Program-made: the position numbers and the translations under genes | Notes under the pieces: generated by a model | The model's database searches: none | What the model was told of the DNA's origin: nothing | Seen by the model: the letters and a program-made list of their open reading frames with translations, nothing else | Assembly: GCA_963701855.1 (NCBI GenBank) | Contig: CAVPBK010000006.1 | Span: 1,568,502-1,632,501 of the forward strand | DNA length: 64,000 nt | Source of the DNA: Nitrospirota bacterium | GTDB taxonomy: Bacteria > Nitrospirota > Nitrospiria > Nitrospirales > Nitrospiraceae | Direction: 5' to 3' | Shown: positions 10,081-20,302 of the stretch, piece by piece | Layout: each line of letters starts with the position of its first letter | Numbering within the stretch: position 1 is the stretch's first letter

Positions 10081-10857
10081 ATGACACCGCAATTCTCTCA
10101 GAAAGCAAGGAAGGCAGAACACAGGTGGCTGTCGCTTCTGCTCATGTCTCTCTTAGCCGCCGTGATCCTCATCGGGACAATTGCCTCTGTAAAGCTGGCC
10201 ACAGCCGCAGAATGTCAGCTCACCGACGCTGATGGCACGAGCCAAGGTTTGACAACTTCGGAGGGTACCACGTCATGGACGCTGCCACTCACCATCACCG
10301 TGGATCGGGATCTCTACAGAGGACTTGGACCGTCTCCGGTACGCAAGAGTGCACCCTACATGAAACGCAGCAGAATGAGCCTGGGCGAGACGGAAGATCA
10401 GGAAATTACCGCTATCCAGGCTTGTTTGAGCCAGGATATTCGAGAGAGTGCACTCTTCAAGCACGCCATGATGACCTCCCAGGGGAAAGCCCAGGCCAAA
10501 GTGCACACGCAGATCAAGAAATTTTCCACGCTCCCGTACAACGAAAAGAGACACATCTTCATCATCCGAACGACTCCGCCAGAGATCGGAATTTCTGTGC
10601 GCAAAAAGGCCCGCACAATCATCGGACCGGTTCCGGAACTCCAGCAATCCGTTCTGCCTGAAGCGCAGAGCGTGAGTCGACCCGTGGCCACGCTGCCCTC
10701 CACAGTGGAATTCCCTTCCCTGTTCGGAGGTCAGCTCTTGGTTGCCGTGCACCCATTCCAGAATGCACTGGAACTGCCTGGTAAGGAGTCCCTCCGTATG
10801 AACCTGACGACGGCACAGGCGGTGCCTGACGGAAACTGTGCAGGTGGCTGCCCATAA
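10081..10857 (+). CDS. Hypothetical exported protein ending in CAGGCP
   Basis: AGGAGG RBS, N-terminal hydrophobic segment, 258-aa ORF. Confidence 0.65.
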   Translation: MTPQFSQKARKAEHRWLSLLLMSLLAAVILIGTIASVKLATAAECQLTDADGTSQGLTTSEGTTSWTLPLTITVDRDLYRGLGPSPVRKSAPYMKRSRMSLGETEDQEITAIQACLSQDIRESALFKHAMMTSQGKAQAKVHTQIKKFSTLPYNEKRHIFIIRTTPPEIGISVRKKARTIIGPVPELQQSVLPEAQSVSRPVATLPSTVEFPSLFGGQLLVAVHPFQNALELPGKESLRMNLTTAQAVPDGNCAGGCP

Positions 10858-10882
10858 GTATGCGTGAGGAGGCTCCAGAAAC

Positions 10883-11113
10883 ATGATGCTGGCACGCTGG
10901 AATGTGTTGTGGGTGGTTGAACAGATGCGTGAACAGAGCCAGATGCTCGACGTCCTTGTTCGGAAGGGACGGATCGCGATGGTGGGAGCCATGTACGATG
11001 TCGTGACGGGAGAGATCGAGTTTCTGCAGAGGACGGGCGAATCGCGTGTCGCCTCCGGAGCTGGGTCGACCATCGTTATGACGAAGATGGACTTGTGCCA
11101 GGGGGAGGTGTGA
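10883..11113 (+). pseudogene. C-terminal fragment of a beta-class carbonic anhydrase
   Basis: NVLWVVEQMREQSQML...GRIAMVGAMYDVVTGEIEFL matches the beta-CA C-terminus. The CxD and HxxC zinc motifs are absent. Confidence 0.7.
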
Positions 11114-11684
11114 ACAGGATCATGGATGAGAGTCTCTGATGGGTAGGTGCCATGTGGAGGCGCACAGAAGGAGACATCTGAGCAGACTGTCAATATTTTC
11201 CTGTAAAGGACGATCCGAGAGAAAAGCCGATTAGCGAGACGATCGCGAAGAGTGGAGTGCTCCGATTGATAGTCCCACTCTAACCCACCAGGCACTGTTT
11301 TGATTGTTACGGTGAACCGAAAGCAACGCGTGACCGGACCGGCTCATGCAGGGATGGGTTGAAGTTGGGGCAAAGTGCCGGAGCCATCTGCGTGATCATC
11401 CCGATGACCAAGTAAAAATCCTGGCACTGTTCATAGCGGAGCTGATGATCGGGCTGAGAAGCCGAGTTGGAAAAGAAACACGATACAATTGTCTGAGAAG
11501 TCGAGGCCGCCACCGCGGAGAACACGGTGATGAAGGTCCATATCGATGCGGCAGTTAAGGTCAGCACACAGTCTCCGGTAGCCCCGACACCCAATGGAGC
11601 ACAGCGTCACCCACGCAATCTGGGGCCTACAAGGGGCGCAACACACACCATGTCCCCTGTGAGAGTAGAGGCTGTTGCTGTAGA

Positions 11685-12206
11685 ATGCTTCTCATGGATC
11701 TCGCCCACATTTCGAGTGCAGCGGAACTGCTAACGATCGAGCACCCTCATTTCGGTAGGATTCACCCCCCTGGATTCTTCAAGACCACTATCGGTACCGT
11801 TACTGGTACGAGCCAGAAAGCCGTTGCCATAGCGGACTACAGTTCCGGCATACGCCAGACTGTTGCGTTCCAAATAGATCCACGAAATTTTATGGTAACC
11901 ATTGCCAGTTCATATGTACTGGTGACCCTAAAGGAGGGCGCGAGCAGGCACTCGGTTATCCACAAGACATGGAAGATGGTGGAGCGGCGTAAAGGGGAAG
12001 GAGTGACGGAGTTCTTCGGCACAGTTAGCACGTATATTGATTCAGATGGCTTGAAGTGGGAGCATCGATTTGAACGATCACCTCACGAAGATGAGTTAAT
12101 TGGCTTTGGGAGCAAGGGAGAGGAAGTCCTGATCATTACGCTGGAAAGCTTCTACCCCACGCCGGTTCCTGGCGTCAGTGGCGTGTTAATATCCCCGTCT
12201 CCCTAG
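11685..12206 (+). CDS. Hypothetical protein
   Basis: 173-aa ORF of lower GC. No motif recognised. Confidence 0.5.
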   Translation: MLLMDLAHISSAAELLTIEHPHFGRIHPPGFFKTTIGTVTGTSQKAVAIADYSSGIRQTVAFQIDPRNFMVTIASSYVLVTLKEGASRHSVIHKTWKMVERRKGEGVTEFFGTVSTYIDSDGLKWEHRFERSPHEDELIGFGSKGEEVLIITLESFYPTPVPGVSGVLISPSP

Positions 12207-12292
12207 GCCCACCAAATTCTTCAACTACTTACATGTTACATGCCGCAGCACTGCCGGTGATCCAGCCGACGGTGCTAAATTGTACTAACACC
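12202..12292 (+). mobile_element. Putative att-site remnant (tRNA 3'-end-like core plus arm-like sequence)
   Basis: CCTAGGCCCACCA resembles a tRNA acceptor 3' end with CCA. It is followed by AT-rich TTCAACTACTTAC and GTGCTAAATTGTACTAAC, immediately 3' of the integrase remnant. Confidence 0.45.
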
Positions 12293-12315
12293 TGCCCGTC
12301 AATCCAAAATCTCCA

Positions 12316-12520
12316 CCCATTCCGCAAACTTTCTGGATAAATGGTACGCATAGGGCTGACCTATCATCGGCGATGGATGCGCAAGAATGTGTGGTATCTC
12401 GTCCAGCTCTCTTTCTGTCTGGCCCAATCGTGTGGCGAAGGTGTGCCGTCGATCGTGGAAATTAGAGAGATGATATGGATAACTCCTCGACGTGGCCTCT
12501 TGTAGAAATCCTCAACGGGT
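12316..12520 (-). pseudogene. Fossil tyrosine-integrase 3' end, copy 1 (~205-bp direct repeat with 15503-15708)
   Basis: Minus-strand translation FHDRRHTFATRLGQTERELDEIPHILAHPSPMIGQPYAYH/YPESLRNG/VEILD* corresponds to the HxxR...H...Y box II. Confidence 0.75.
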
Positions 12521-12559
12521 TACCAAAACATTTAAGGTTGAAGCAATTCGGCTCTGGAA

Positions 12560-12735
12560 TTCCTCTGGTCGGCCAGCGGCAGCAGTGGAACTTCAGCCCT
12601 CAAGACCCGACGGGTGAAGCAGAAGATCATCAGGCCGAGCTGTCAGCGGTCACCGTCCTCGAATTAAGTATCATTCCTGACATCAGCGGAGGGAATGCGT
12701 TCGCTTCGTTGGCGCAAATGCGGCTTGCTTACCCT
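12560..12735 (+). pseudogene. 3' fragment of a conserved hypothetical gene (RQQWNFSP family)
   Basis: RQQWNFSPQ...VTVLELSIIPDISGG...ASLAQMRLA. The 5' part is missing and replaced by the repeat. Confidence 0.55.
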
Positions 12736-13082
12736 CGCACTCAACCAAACTACCCAGCAACATTGTTTCAGAAAGACCGAGGGTCGAGTCTCGCACCCAA
12801 CATTTTATGACGCATGGCGGGGATCTGGTTCGTCAGTTTCTTTGGTCTGTCTCGTTTGTGTGGGTGGACGAACGAGAGAGACCTGGCAGACCCGCACACG
12901 CGATAAACTGCGCTGGAGCCGACGGCCTCTGATTTGTCACGGGCGATTCTGCCGCGCCGGGCGCAGTTCGGTTGCTTCACTGGTGATTTCCGGACTCGAC
13001 CGGCAGCCAGATTCCGGCCCGATTCTGCATGAGCAGAGGTGGTGCGCAGCTCGTTCTTCCGTGAGTGACATGGGCGATCCGC

Positions 13083-13646
13083 TTACTTCTTTTTGGCCGG
13101 AGGGTAGTTTTCAAATGCCGTGGCGACTCCCTGGTCGGCCATTTCAACATTCTTCTCCGGGCTCTCCTTCAGCGTTCCCACGATCGTGGCTCGCCACACC
13201 AACTCCTTTTTCGACGACTCAGCCAGATCCACAATTAAGGTGCCTTCTTGATACTCGTAGGTAGTCACGCCACCGCCATAATAGCCGGTGCGCCACCCGT
13301 ACTGGCCACCATAGGCGCCCCCTCTGACACCAGTGCTCTCGACACGTTGCTTGTCCTTTACACCAACCCAAAAGTGTACCAGCAGATCGGGATGGTCTTC
13401 CAAGCCGACTTGCCGTAGGCCCTTGGCGGTCAGCTGCTGGCCAACCATCTCTTCGATCCGTTTTCGCAAGAGTGAATTATCCAATACCCCGTTCTGATCT
13501 CTGTCCGTCAGTCCCGTGAAGGCAAACGTGCGAAATGCAGAGAACTCAGCGGACGGATCGAAATCTGTCTGCACCCTCGGCCCCACACAGCCTCCGGTGG
13601 CGAGTAGCCCCAGTGCCAACCATGCGATCAAGAATTTGATGGTCAT
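13083..13646 (-). CDS. DUF4136 lipoprotein
   Basis: Lipobox GGC. TDFDPSAEFSAFRTFAF...YQEGTLIVDL...LVWRA...FENYPP. Confidence 0.9.
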   Translation of the reverse strand: MTIKFLIAWLALGLLATGGCVGPRVQTDFDPSAEFSAFRTFAFTGLTDRDQNGVLDNSLLRKRIEEMVGQQLTAKGLRQVGLEDHPDLLVHFWVGVKDKQRVESTGVRGGAYGGQYGWRTGYYGGGVTTYEYQEGTLIVDLAESSKKELVWRATIVGTLKESPEKNVEMADQGVATAFENYPPAKKK

Positions 13647-13970
13647 ATTGCGTCACCTTCCCACCATGAGAGCCCTTGCAGAAACAATACGCTCAAAACA
13701 TATACCGAATCCCAACTTGTGTAAACCTGTCATAGACCTCGCTAACGCCCAGAGAACCCTCGTGGGGCCTTAGATTGACCCTGCACATTACCTCAGACCG
13801 GAAGAAATGAACAATTACCAGGCCTCTTTCCCGACGCTTGGCGGGCTGTCTCCCAAGATTGCTTGTGAAATTCTTCTGCAACGAGCCGTTGATACATTCA
13901 TCCATTTCCCACGCCTCGCCTTGCGATTTTCTTAGCCTCCTCCTACAATACGCCTCCCTGCGAGGCCCCC

Positions 13971-14303
13971 ATGCCCTTCATGCTTCGTCTCTACCAACGC
14001 TTCCCCGTGTACTGCGCCGCCTCGTACCAAGCCGGCCTGTACCAAGGACAAGGCACTGTCTGGAACTTTTCGCTGAGCGGGTGGAAACTCTCGGGCGATG
14101 TTCCCTTGCAAGTTGGACAGATGTGCTCCTTGACCGTCAATTTGCCGATCGAAGAAAGCATCGTTGTGGATGCTGCGATCGTGCGCTGGGTTCGGGGCCA
14201 GGAGTTCGGCCTGGAAACCTTGGCGATTGAGAAGCAGACGCATAGTCGGATGGAGCACGTAATCAAACGACTCGTAGAGGAATCCGGTGAGAACATCGAA
14301 TGA
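13971..14303 (+). CDS. PilZ-domain protein
   Basis: RLYQRF (RxxxR), NFSLSG (D/NxSxxG), AIVRWVRGQEFGL. Confidence 0.85.
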   Translation: MPFMLRLYQRFPVYCAASYQAGLYQGQGTVWNFSLSGWKLSGDVPLQVGQMCSLTVNLPIEESIVVDAAIVRWVRGQEFGLETLAIEKQTHSRMEHVIKRLVEESGENIE

Positions 14304-14652
14304 GCAACGACCGCCCCACCCGTGACAACATGAGCATCGAGGAAGCGACCATCTCCAATATGTGGGAGATGGCAGCGGTTGTGGAAGTGCTGGAGCGAAG
14401 GGCCTCTGCACGAAACACAACCTCTACGACCTCATCACCGAGTTCCGCCGCAAGAGTCCCCGTGTCAGCATCCCTGAGACCGCGTTCCCCGAGTCCTACT
14501 AGCTCCCCGAACCCGAGGATAAGATTATCGACAACATCTTAGAACTACTGAACAATCACGGGCCGACCTCGCACCAGTCGATGAACCTGCTCGAACGGTT
14601 GGGGCGGATCATTGAGATGGGCCAGAAGTTGTCGAAGGGGACGACGCACTAT
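14300..14652 (+). pseudogene. Degraded conserved hypothetical gene (frameshift ~14397, in-frame TAG ~14500)
   Basis: MSIEEATISNMWEMAAVVEVLER/KGLCTKHNLYDLITEFRRK...ESY*LPEPEDKIIDNILELL...GTTH is continuous across frames. Confidence 0.65.
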
Positions 14653-14710
14653 GAAAGAGGCTGCTTACGAGCAAACCAGTCGCAAGATTGTGACGAAGCA
14701 GACGTAATCC

Positions 14711-15406
14711 ATGAGCGCACGCAGCCTCATTCTTCTTTTACTTCTTGTACCACTCCCAGGCTGCGTCGTGACGTATGGAAACTTTCCCGACGCAAGCTTT
14801 GAGTCCCTTCCGAAGGACTATGAGCCCAAGGCTCTTGCATATCACGTCAACCCTATTCCGTATGCCCTGTTTGACGCATCAAGCGGGGGTCCAACCAATC
14901 AGGCGGACTCCAGTGTCGTCGTCGTGATTGTCCCCAACTGGTATCCCTTGGCCATGAAAGATTTTCGGGAAGCAGGGGTTCGCGAAGTGTCGCGGACGCT
15001 AACGGCCAGTGGCATGTTTTCTGAACTGATACTCGGAGAAGCAAGTCCTTCGGGCGAAGGAACGTATGTCAATATCGAGTTTCACAATCACGATCCCTCT
15101 CCAGGAGCGGTATCAACGGCGCTCCACCAACTCAACGGATGCGGTGTCATTCTCCTTTGTCTCCTGGGGGTGTGGGGAGCGATTCCGCACTATTCGGATG
15201 AGGGGGGTCTGACCGTGGATTACCACCTATATAAGAATAGGACGCCACAGCACACCTACCAGTATCGGATTTACAAAAAAGGAGCAGGGGGATTATTGTT
15301 GCTTCCATTTGCCTGGCTGAACTTCTTCACCGACGATTTAAAGGATGCTCTGCGCGCAACCACGCTCCAATTCCTTATCGACGCACAACGCGATGGCAAT
15401 TTGTAG
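14711..15406 (+). CDS. Hypothetical lipoprotein or membrane protein
   Basis: Lipobox LPGC, internal hydrophobic segments, 231 aa. Confidence 0.75.
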   Translation: MSARSLILLLLLVPLPGCVVTYGNFPDASFESLPKDYEPKALAYHVNPIPYALFDASSGGPTNQADSSVVVVIVPNWYPLAMKDFREAGVREVSRTLTASGMFSELILGEASPSGEGTYVNIEFHNHDPSPGAVSTALHQLNGCGVILLCLLGVWGAIPHYSDEGGLTVDYHLYKNRTPQHTYQYRIYKKGAGGLLLLPFAWLNFFTDDLKDALRATTLQFLIDAQRDGNL

Positions 15407-15502
15407 CCCCCGTATCCTTCAACTCACCGCGTCAACTCCCTTGCTACCTGAGCCGACAGTGATAAAGTGTGATATCGGCGTGATCCGGTCCAGGCCGTCG
15501 AC

Positions 15503-15708
15503 CCCATTCCGCAAACTTTCCGGATAGATACTGGTACGCATAGGGCCGAGCTATCATCGGCGATGGATGCGCAAGGAGGTGTGGTAGCTCGTCCAGCTCT
15601 CTTTCTGTCTGACCAATCGTGTGACGAAGGTGTGCCGTCGATCGTGGAAATTAGAAGATGATATGGATAACCCCTCGACGTGGCCTCTTGTAGAAATCCT
15701 CAACGGGT
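15503..15708 (-). pseudogene. Fossil tyrosine-integrase 3' end, copy 2
   Basis: Near-identical to 12316-12520. Minus strand reads FHDRRHTFVTRLV.../ELDELPHLLAHPSPMIARPYAYQ/YPESLRNGVDGLD. Confidence 0.75.
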
Positions 15709-15802
15709 CACCGCACCGCTACGGCAATCTCAGCCCTCAATAAAGAGTATAATGAGGGCGCATCAGTCAGTCATTGTCAGCATACCGGGTAGGAGGTGCG
15801 CG

Positions 15803-16882
15803 ATGCGCAGGGTCCTGCTGCTCTTGACGCTAGTTGTTACGGTTGTGGCACTGCCGCCTCCTCCCGCATGGGCCTACCGGGACCATTTCACGCCGGAGCA
15901 GAAAGCGTTGCTGGAGAAGATTCAGGCGGTGCGCATCGAGGCGATGGCACTGACCGACAAGGGAGCCAGTGACGCGGCGCCGATTGCCGAACTTGTCGCC
16001 CGCCGGATGGGCGAATTGGGATACAGGGTCGTGGGCGAAGCGGCTGCACCGAACGACGTGGTGATCAAAGTCAAATGTGAACAGCGAAAAACATGGGAAG
16101 GCACCACGGCTGCCGGCGGCGATGCGGATTTACCCGATGCCCCGTCTCGGCTGTGGAAAGGCCCAGCCTGTCAGATGACCTATCTCCTCGGGAACATGAA
16201 GGTCAAATGGCAGAAAGAGGTCCGAACCGAGGTTGAAGATGCGGGACAAGCCGCACAATCAGCGAACGCGGGAGATCCTGGCGTCTATGCCCTGAGCAAA
16301 CTGCGGGAGGCGCTCGAGACGTATGAATTTCCCTTGTTGCTGGCTGCGGAGTGGGGTCAGCCTGAGCGTCTGTTGAGGCTGCTCGATCGATCCGACACGC
16401 CGCAGGCTAGAAAGCTGAAAATCATTTCTCTCTTAGGCGAGATGCAGGCCGACGAGGCCTTGCCGAAGCTGAAAGAGGCGCTCAAGGATCGCGACCTGGC
16501 GAAACAAGCGATTGGGGCGATAGGCAGTCTTGGCAAAGAAGGCATTCCGCTCTTGGTGGAGATCCTGAATACGTCACTGGATATTGAGGTGCAAGCCGCA
16601 GCAGCCAAGGGTTTGGGCCAGCTCGGCGGACTGCATGGGGATGCCTCGGTCGTGCCGCCGCTGCTGGCCAAGTTGAAGGATCCGAAGACCGACTGGTCGG
16701 TGCTCACGGAAGTGGCGTGGGCGCTGGGCAAGATTCCGGATAAACGATCGATCGAGCCGCTTACCGATCTCGACAAGAAACTGCAAGCTCTGCGTGATCC
16801 GGAGAATGTGTCGTTGAAGAAACTCAAAGAAGCGGTGTTCTGGGCGATTAAACAGTGCGATACGTGGGATCAGTTCAGCTAA
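15803..16882 (+). CDS. Exported HEAT-repeat protein
   Basis: AGGAGG RBS, signal peptide AWA, repeated AxxALGxxxxxxxxxxL motifs. Confidence 0.9.
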   Translation: MRRVLLLLTLVVTVVALPPPPAWAYRDHFTPEQKALLEKIQAVRIEAMALTDKGASDAAPIAELVARRMGELGYRVVGEAAAPNDVVIKVKCEQRKTWEGTTAAGGDADLPDAPSRLWKGPACQMTYLLGNMKVKWQKEVRTEVEDAGQAAQSANAGDPGVYALSKLREALETYEFPLLLAAEWGQPERLLRLLDRSDTPQARKLKIISLLGEMQADEALPKLKEALKDRDLAKQAIGAIGSLGKEGIPLLVEILNTSLDIEVQAAAAKGLGQLGGLHGDASVVPPLLAKLKDPKTDWSVLTEVAWALGKIPDKRSIEPLTDLDKKLQALRDPENVSLKKLKEAVFWAIKQCDTWDQFS

Positions 16883-16986
16883 GACCCGCTACCGGCCGCA
16901 GGCTCCAGTCTGCGGCCGGGCTTTTCAGGCCGTACCCCCATTCAAGCGTCTGCCCGGCGTGTCGATATTCTCCCCATTGCTACAGT

Positions 16987-17024
16987 AAAACGGGCGGGGG
17001 AGTGGTCAGCCACTTCCCCCGCCC
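16987..17024 (-). terminator. Intrinsic terminator downstream of the OmpA-family gene
   Basis: GGGCGGGGGA...TCCCCCGCCC stem with AAAA on its left (U-tract on the minus strand). Confidence 0.7.
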
Positions 17025-17050
17025 CAACTAATTTAGACAAACCGCATTTC

Positions 17051-18025
17051 CTACTTCGTGACGCGAACCTCGACGCGGCGGTTCTTGGCTCGGCCCGCAT
17101 CAGTCGTGTTTGGTTCAACCGGCTTGGTATCTGCATAACCATGCGTCGTTGCAGATCCAAGACCGCCTTCGGTCAGCGCCTTCGCCGCATTGGCCGCACG
17201 GGATTCAGAGAGTTCCTTGTTCGTAGGGAACTTTTTCTTCAGTGAGCCACGGATTGCCACATTGTCGGTATGACCGTCTACCGCCACCTTGTATTCAGGG
17301 AAATCCTTCAAGACCGCTCCGACTTGCTTCAGTGCATCGGCGCCCGCCGGTTTCAGTTCATCTTGGCCGGACCCGAACAGATAGCCGGAAGCCAGGTTAA
17401 TCAACAACCGCTCATTGTTAAGGTCGACGGTGATGTCACCCTTCTCGATCTGAGGACGAAGCGCCCGGATCAATCCACGTTGCGCTTCTTTCAGTTTCGT
17501 CATCTCGGCAGAGAGTTCGCCGCGCAGACCAGCTAGTTCCTTGTCTCGATCGGCCAGCTGCTGCTCGAGTTCAGCCACCCGCTGCTTGCACGCGGCCAGT
17601 TCGGCTGCGAGCTTATCTTTGTCGCCGGTGGTGATGCCCATCGCCGCGAGCTGGGCCGCGAGCTGGGCCTCGAGATCAGCGTTGCGTTTATTCGCGGTCG
17701 CGAGCTGCTGACTCGCGAGCTTGGCGGAATCGCCTGCACCGGAACGCAGAGAGGCAACTTCTCGATCACGGTCGGCGAGCTGTCGTTCCAGATCGCTTGC
17801 GCGGCTGCTCAGGGCGCGAATCTGCTTCTGTGCTGCACCCAGCTCATCGGGGGCCACAGGGGCTGGTTCGACACAACGAGTGTCATTCCAAGCCGTCCAT
17901 CCGTGAGTCTTCTCGCAAACGGGGCTTAAGTCCGATTTCTGACTCGCGAAGTCCTCTTTCTGACTCGCACAGGCTGTCAGAGCGGCCAAGCCTGCTATCA
18001 GGATGGTGGTTTTCAACGCCTGCAT
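17051..18025 (-). CDS. OmpA/MotB-family peptidoglycan-binding lipoprotein with long coiled coil
   Basis: Lipobox LTAC. DGHTDN...NKELSESRA...NRRVEV. Confidence 0.92.
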   Translation of the reverse strand: MQALKTTILIAGLAALTACASQKEDFASQKSDLSPVCEKTHGWTAWNDTRCVEPAPVAPDELGAAQKQIRALSSRASDLERQLADRDREVASLRSGAGDSAKLASQQLATANKRNADLEAQLAAQLAAMGITTGDKDKLAAELAACKQRVAELEQQLADRDKELAGLRGELSAEMTKLKEAQRGLIRALRPQIEKGDITVDLNNERLLINLASGYLFGSGQDELKPAGADALKQVGAVLKDFPEYKVAVDGHTDNVAIRGSLKKKFPTNKELSESRAANAAKALTEGGLGSATTHGYADTKPVEPNTTDAGRAKNRRVEVRVTK

Positions 18026-18107
18026 GATGATCTCCTCCTCTTGATTGTGCGGGTCGTCAATCGTGTGAGTCTTTTCCCTCCCGCCTTAGGGGAAATCTCA
18101 TTGCATC

Positions 18108-18536
18108 TTAGACAGTGGACGTACAATGTGCACACTTCGTGGCCTTGATCGGGATCACCGACAAACAATGCGGACAGTCTTTGGTCGTCGGAGCCGCGGT
18201 CGGCTCAGGTTTCTTCAGTCGGTTGACCTGTTTTACGAGCAGGAAGATTACAAATGCAATGATAATAAAGTCAAATGTGGCTTGAAGAAAGATCCCGTAA
18301 TTGATGGTGGGAGCTCCCGCCACCTTGGCTGCGGCGAGAGACGGTTGTGGCGTTCCGGACAGATTGATGAATAGGCTAGAGAAATCCACCTTCCCCATCA
18401 GCAATCCAATGGGAGGCATCAGCACGTCGCTGACGAGCGACGAGACGATTTTTCCGAACGCGCCGCCGATGATCACACCGATCGCCATGTCGAGCACGTT
18501 GCCCTTCATGGCGAAGTCTTTGAATTCTTTCAGCAT
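18108..18536 (-). CDS. mscL: Large-conductance mechanosensitive channel with C-terminal zinc ribbon
   Basis: [35 protein letters not shown]. Tail CPHC...CAHC. Confidence 0.97.
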   Translation of the reverse strand: MLKEFKDFAMKGNVLDMAIGVIIGGAFGKIVSSLVSDVLMPPIGLLMGKVDFSSLFINLSGTPQPSLAAAKVAGAPTINYGIFLQATFDFIIIAFVIFLLVKQVNRLKKPEPTAAPTTKDCPHCLSVIPIKATKCAHCTSTV

Positions 18537-18588
18537 GGTTCCTCCTTATGAGGATGATTAGGGTGTACTGCATTGGATATTAATGGGA

Positions 18589-19698
18589 CTACCGCGTCTT
18601 GGTCGTGTCGAAGCTGTACCCGAGGGTCATGAGGTACAGGTTGTCCGTATCTCCGGTTCCCTGCGCCGGAGTACTGTTATATCGGGTCGTCACTTGGATG
18701 CCACTCACAAAGCCCTTGAATAGTTTGAACCGGACGCCGTTGTCCATCGTCATATAATAACTGTTGGTATTTTGTAATGACGGGTAAAATTCCTGGTAGT
18801 GGTAGAACGTCATGCGCTCATCCAAGATCGGCCAGTTGAGCCTGACTGCCCATCGGGCGCGGAAGGACGTTTGATCAGCAGCAGTCGTAAAGTCTTCATT
18901 GAAGTAGGAAAGTCCGGCCTCGGCATAGAGCGAGAGGTCTTTGAGCCAAGGACTAGCGTAATCGCCTTTTTCGATGAAATTATAGCCGGGACCGGAGGAA
19001 AGGGCGGTTCGCAGTTTGAGGTCCTGAAAGGTGTCTTTCTCAAAGTAGGAAGAGGCGAACCAGAAAAAGCGTTTGGTGATAAAAAAGTCCATCTTGATCA
19101 GCGCGCGCGCGTTTCGAGCAGAAAGTTCGTTGTCCTTGTCACCATAGACATAGCGACCGTTCAACGTCAGGCGGAGTTGCTCGCTCCGGGCCACGAAGTC
19201 TCCGAGCAAGCTGGCATTTCTCAAATGGCTGTTCCCGGTTGCTTGCGTGTAACCGCCGGTCAGGGTGCCTTTATAGATGACCGGGTCCTGGACGATTGGA
19301 TTCAGCGCGGTGATTGATTCGATGGGAACCTCGATTGCTCCCTTCATCGGCTCAGCTTTCACTGTGATGGTTCCGTTGGGGCCCTCAGTGGCCGTGCCCA
19401 TCAGAACTGTCCCTTCTTTGAGATGAAAGGGGATGGGGTGGTTGATAGTCAGCTTCGACACGCTGGCCCATTTTATCTTGATGATATTATCCGCCGCAGC
19501 CGCAGTCTTGATATGGAGCACCCCGTCAGACATTTCGACAACTTCGCCATAGAGCACCCCGCCGTCCTTCAATGTGACCACGTCGGGCGGCGCAGGAGTG
19601 GGGGAAGCCTCTACGACTACTGGGGTATCAGTGGCTGCGACAAGTTGTGGCGGAATCAAACAAGTCAGGAGAACAAAAAGCCAGAACCCCTTCTTCAT
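18589..19698 (-). CDS. DUF481 outer-membrane beta-barrel protein
   Basis: Signal peptide. GGYTQATGNS, EKDTFQDLKLR...GPGY, terminal LGYSF. Confidence 0.85.
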   Translation of the reverse strand: MKKGFWLFVLLTCLIPPQLVAATDTPVVVEASPTPAPPDVVTLKDGGVLYGEVVEMSDGVLHIKTAAAADNIIKIKWASVSKLTINHPIPFHLKEGTVLMGTATEGPNGTITVKAEPMKGAIEVPIESITALNPIVQDPVIYKGTLTGGYTQATGNSHLRNASLLGDFVARSEQLRLTLNGRYVYGDKDNELSARNARALIKMDFFITKRFFWFASSYFEKDTFQDLKLRTALSSGPGYNFIEKGDYASPWLKDLSLYAEAGLSYFNEDFTTAADQTSFRARWAVRLNWPILDERMTFYHYQEFYPSLQNTNSYYMTMDNGVRFKLFKGFVSGIQVTTRYNSTPAQGTGDTDNLYLMTLGYSFDTTKTR

Positions 19699-20147
19699 TG
19701 AGTCCTCCTTGCAAGATGAGTGAGTGCCATGAGTCCATTTCCACATGCTAGATATGTTGAGAGCCGTAGGATCATTCAGCCCTAGTGGAAAGGTTGCAAG
19801 TCTATAGCTCAGGTAATTGTGGAGTGGCAAGTATAAAATCCTCGATAGATGCTGATGTGAGCGATGCGAGCATCACATGCGGAGCAATGGTTGCCGGAGG
19901 CAGGCAAGGCTAATGCCGTTGACATCGACGGACTCATTTCATCACACATCTTTGCAGATGCATGATTGGTAAACAGGTGAGATGAGGACATGGTTCTTCA
20001 TTTCTGTGGCTGATATGGTGTGGAGAGAGCTATTTCGCCACAGAGAGGCGACGAAAGAATCGCGACGGGTTTGAATACGGAGCGCTGGCGCTCACCTTGC
20101 CGGTCATCAGACCGCGTGTTAAGATGCCGCCTCGCGAAAATCGGCGC

Positions 20148-20237
<90 letters not shown>

Positions 20238-20302
20238 ACTGAAGACGTGAAACGTGAGGCGCAAAGCGTAGGGGTAAGAGTGTGGGAGAGCATGAAAGTA
20301 CC

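Noticed and set aside
11380..11470. Minus-strand LLSPIISSAM resembling the end of a Cu P-type ATPase
   Set aside because: Too short and flanking motifs do not continue.
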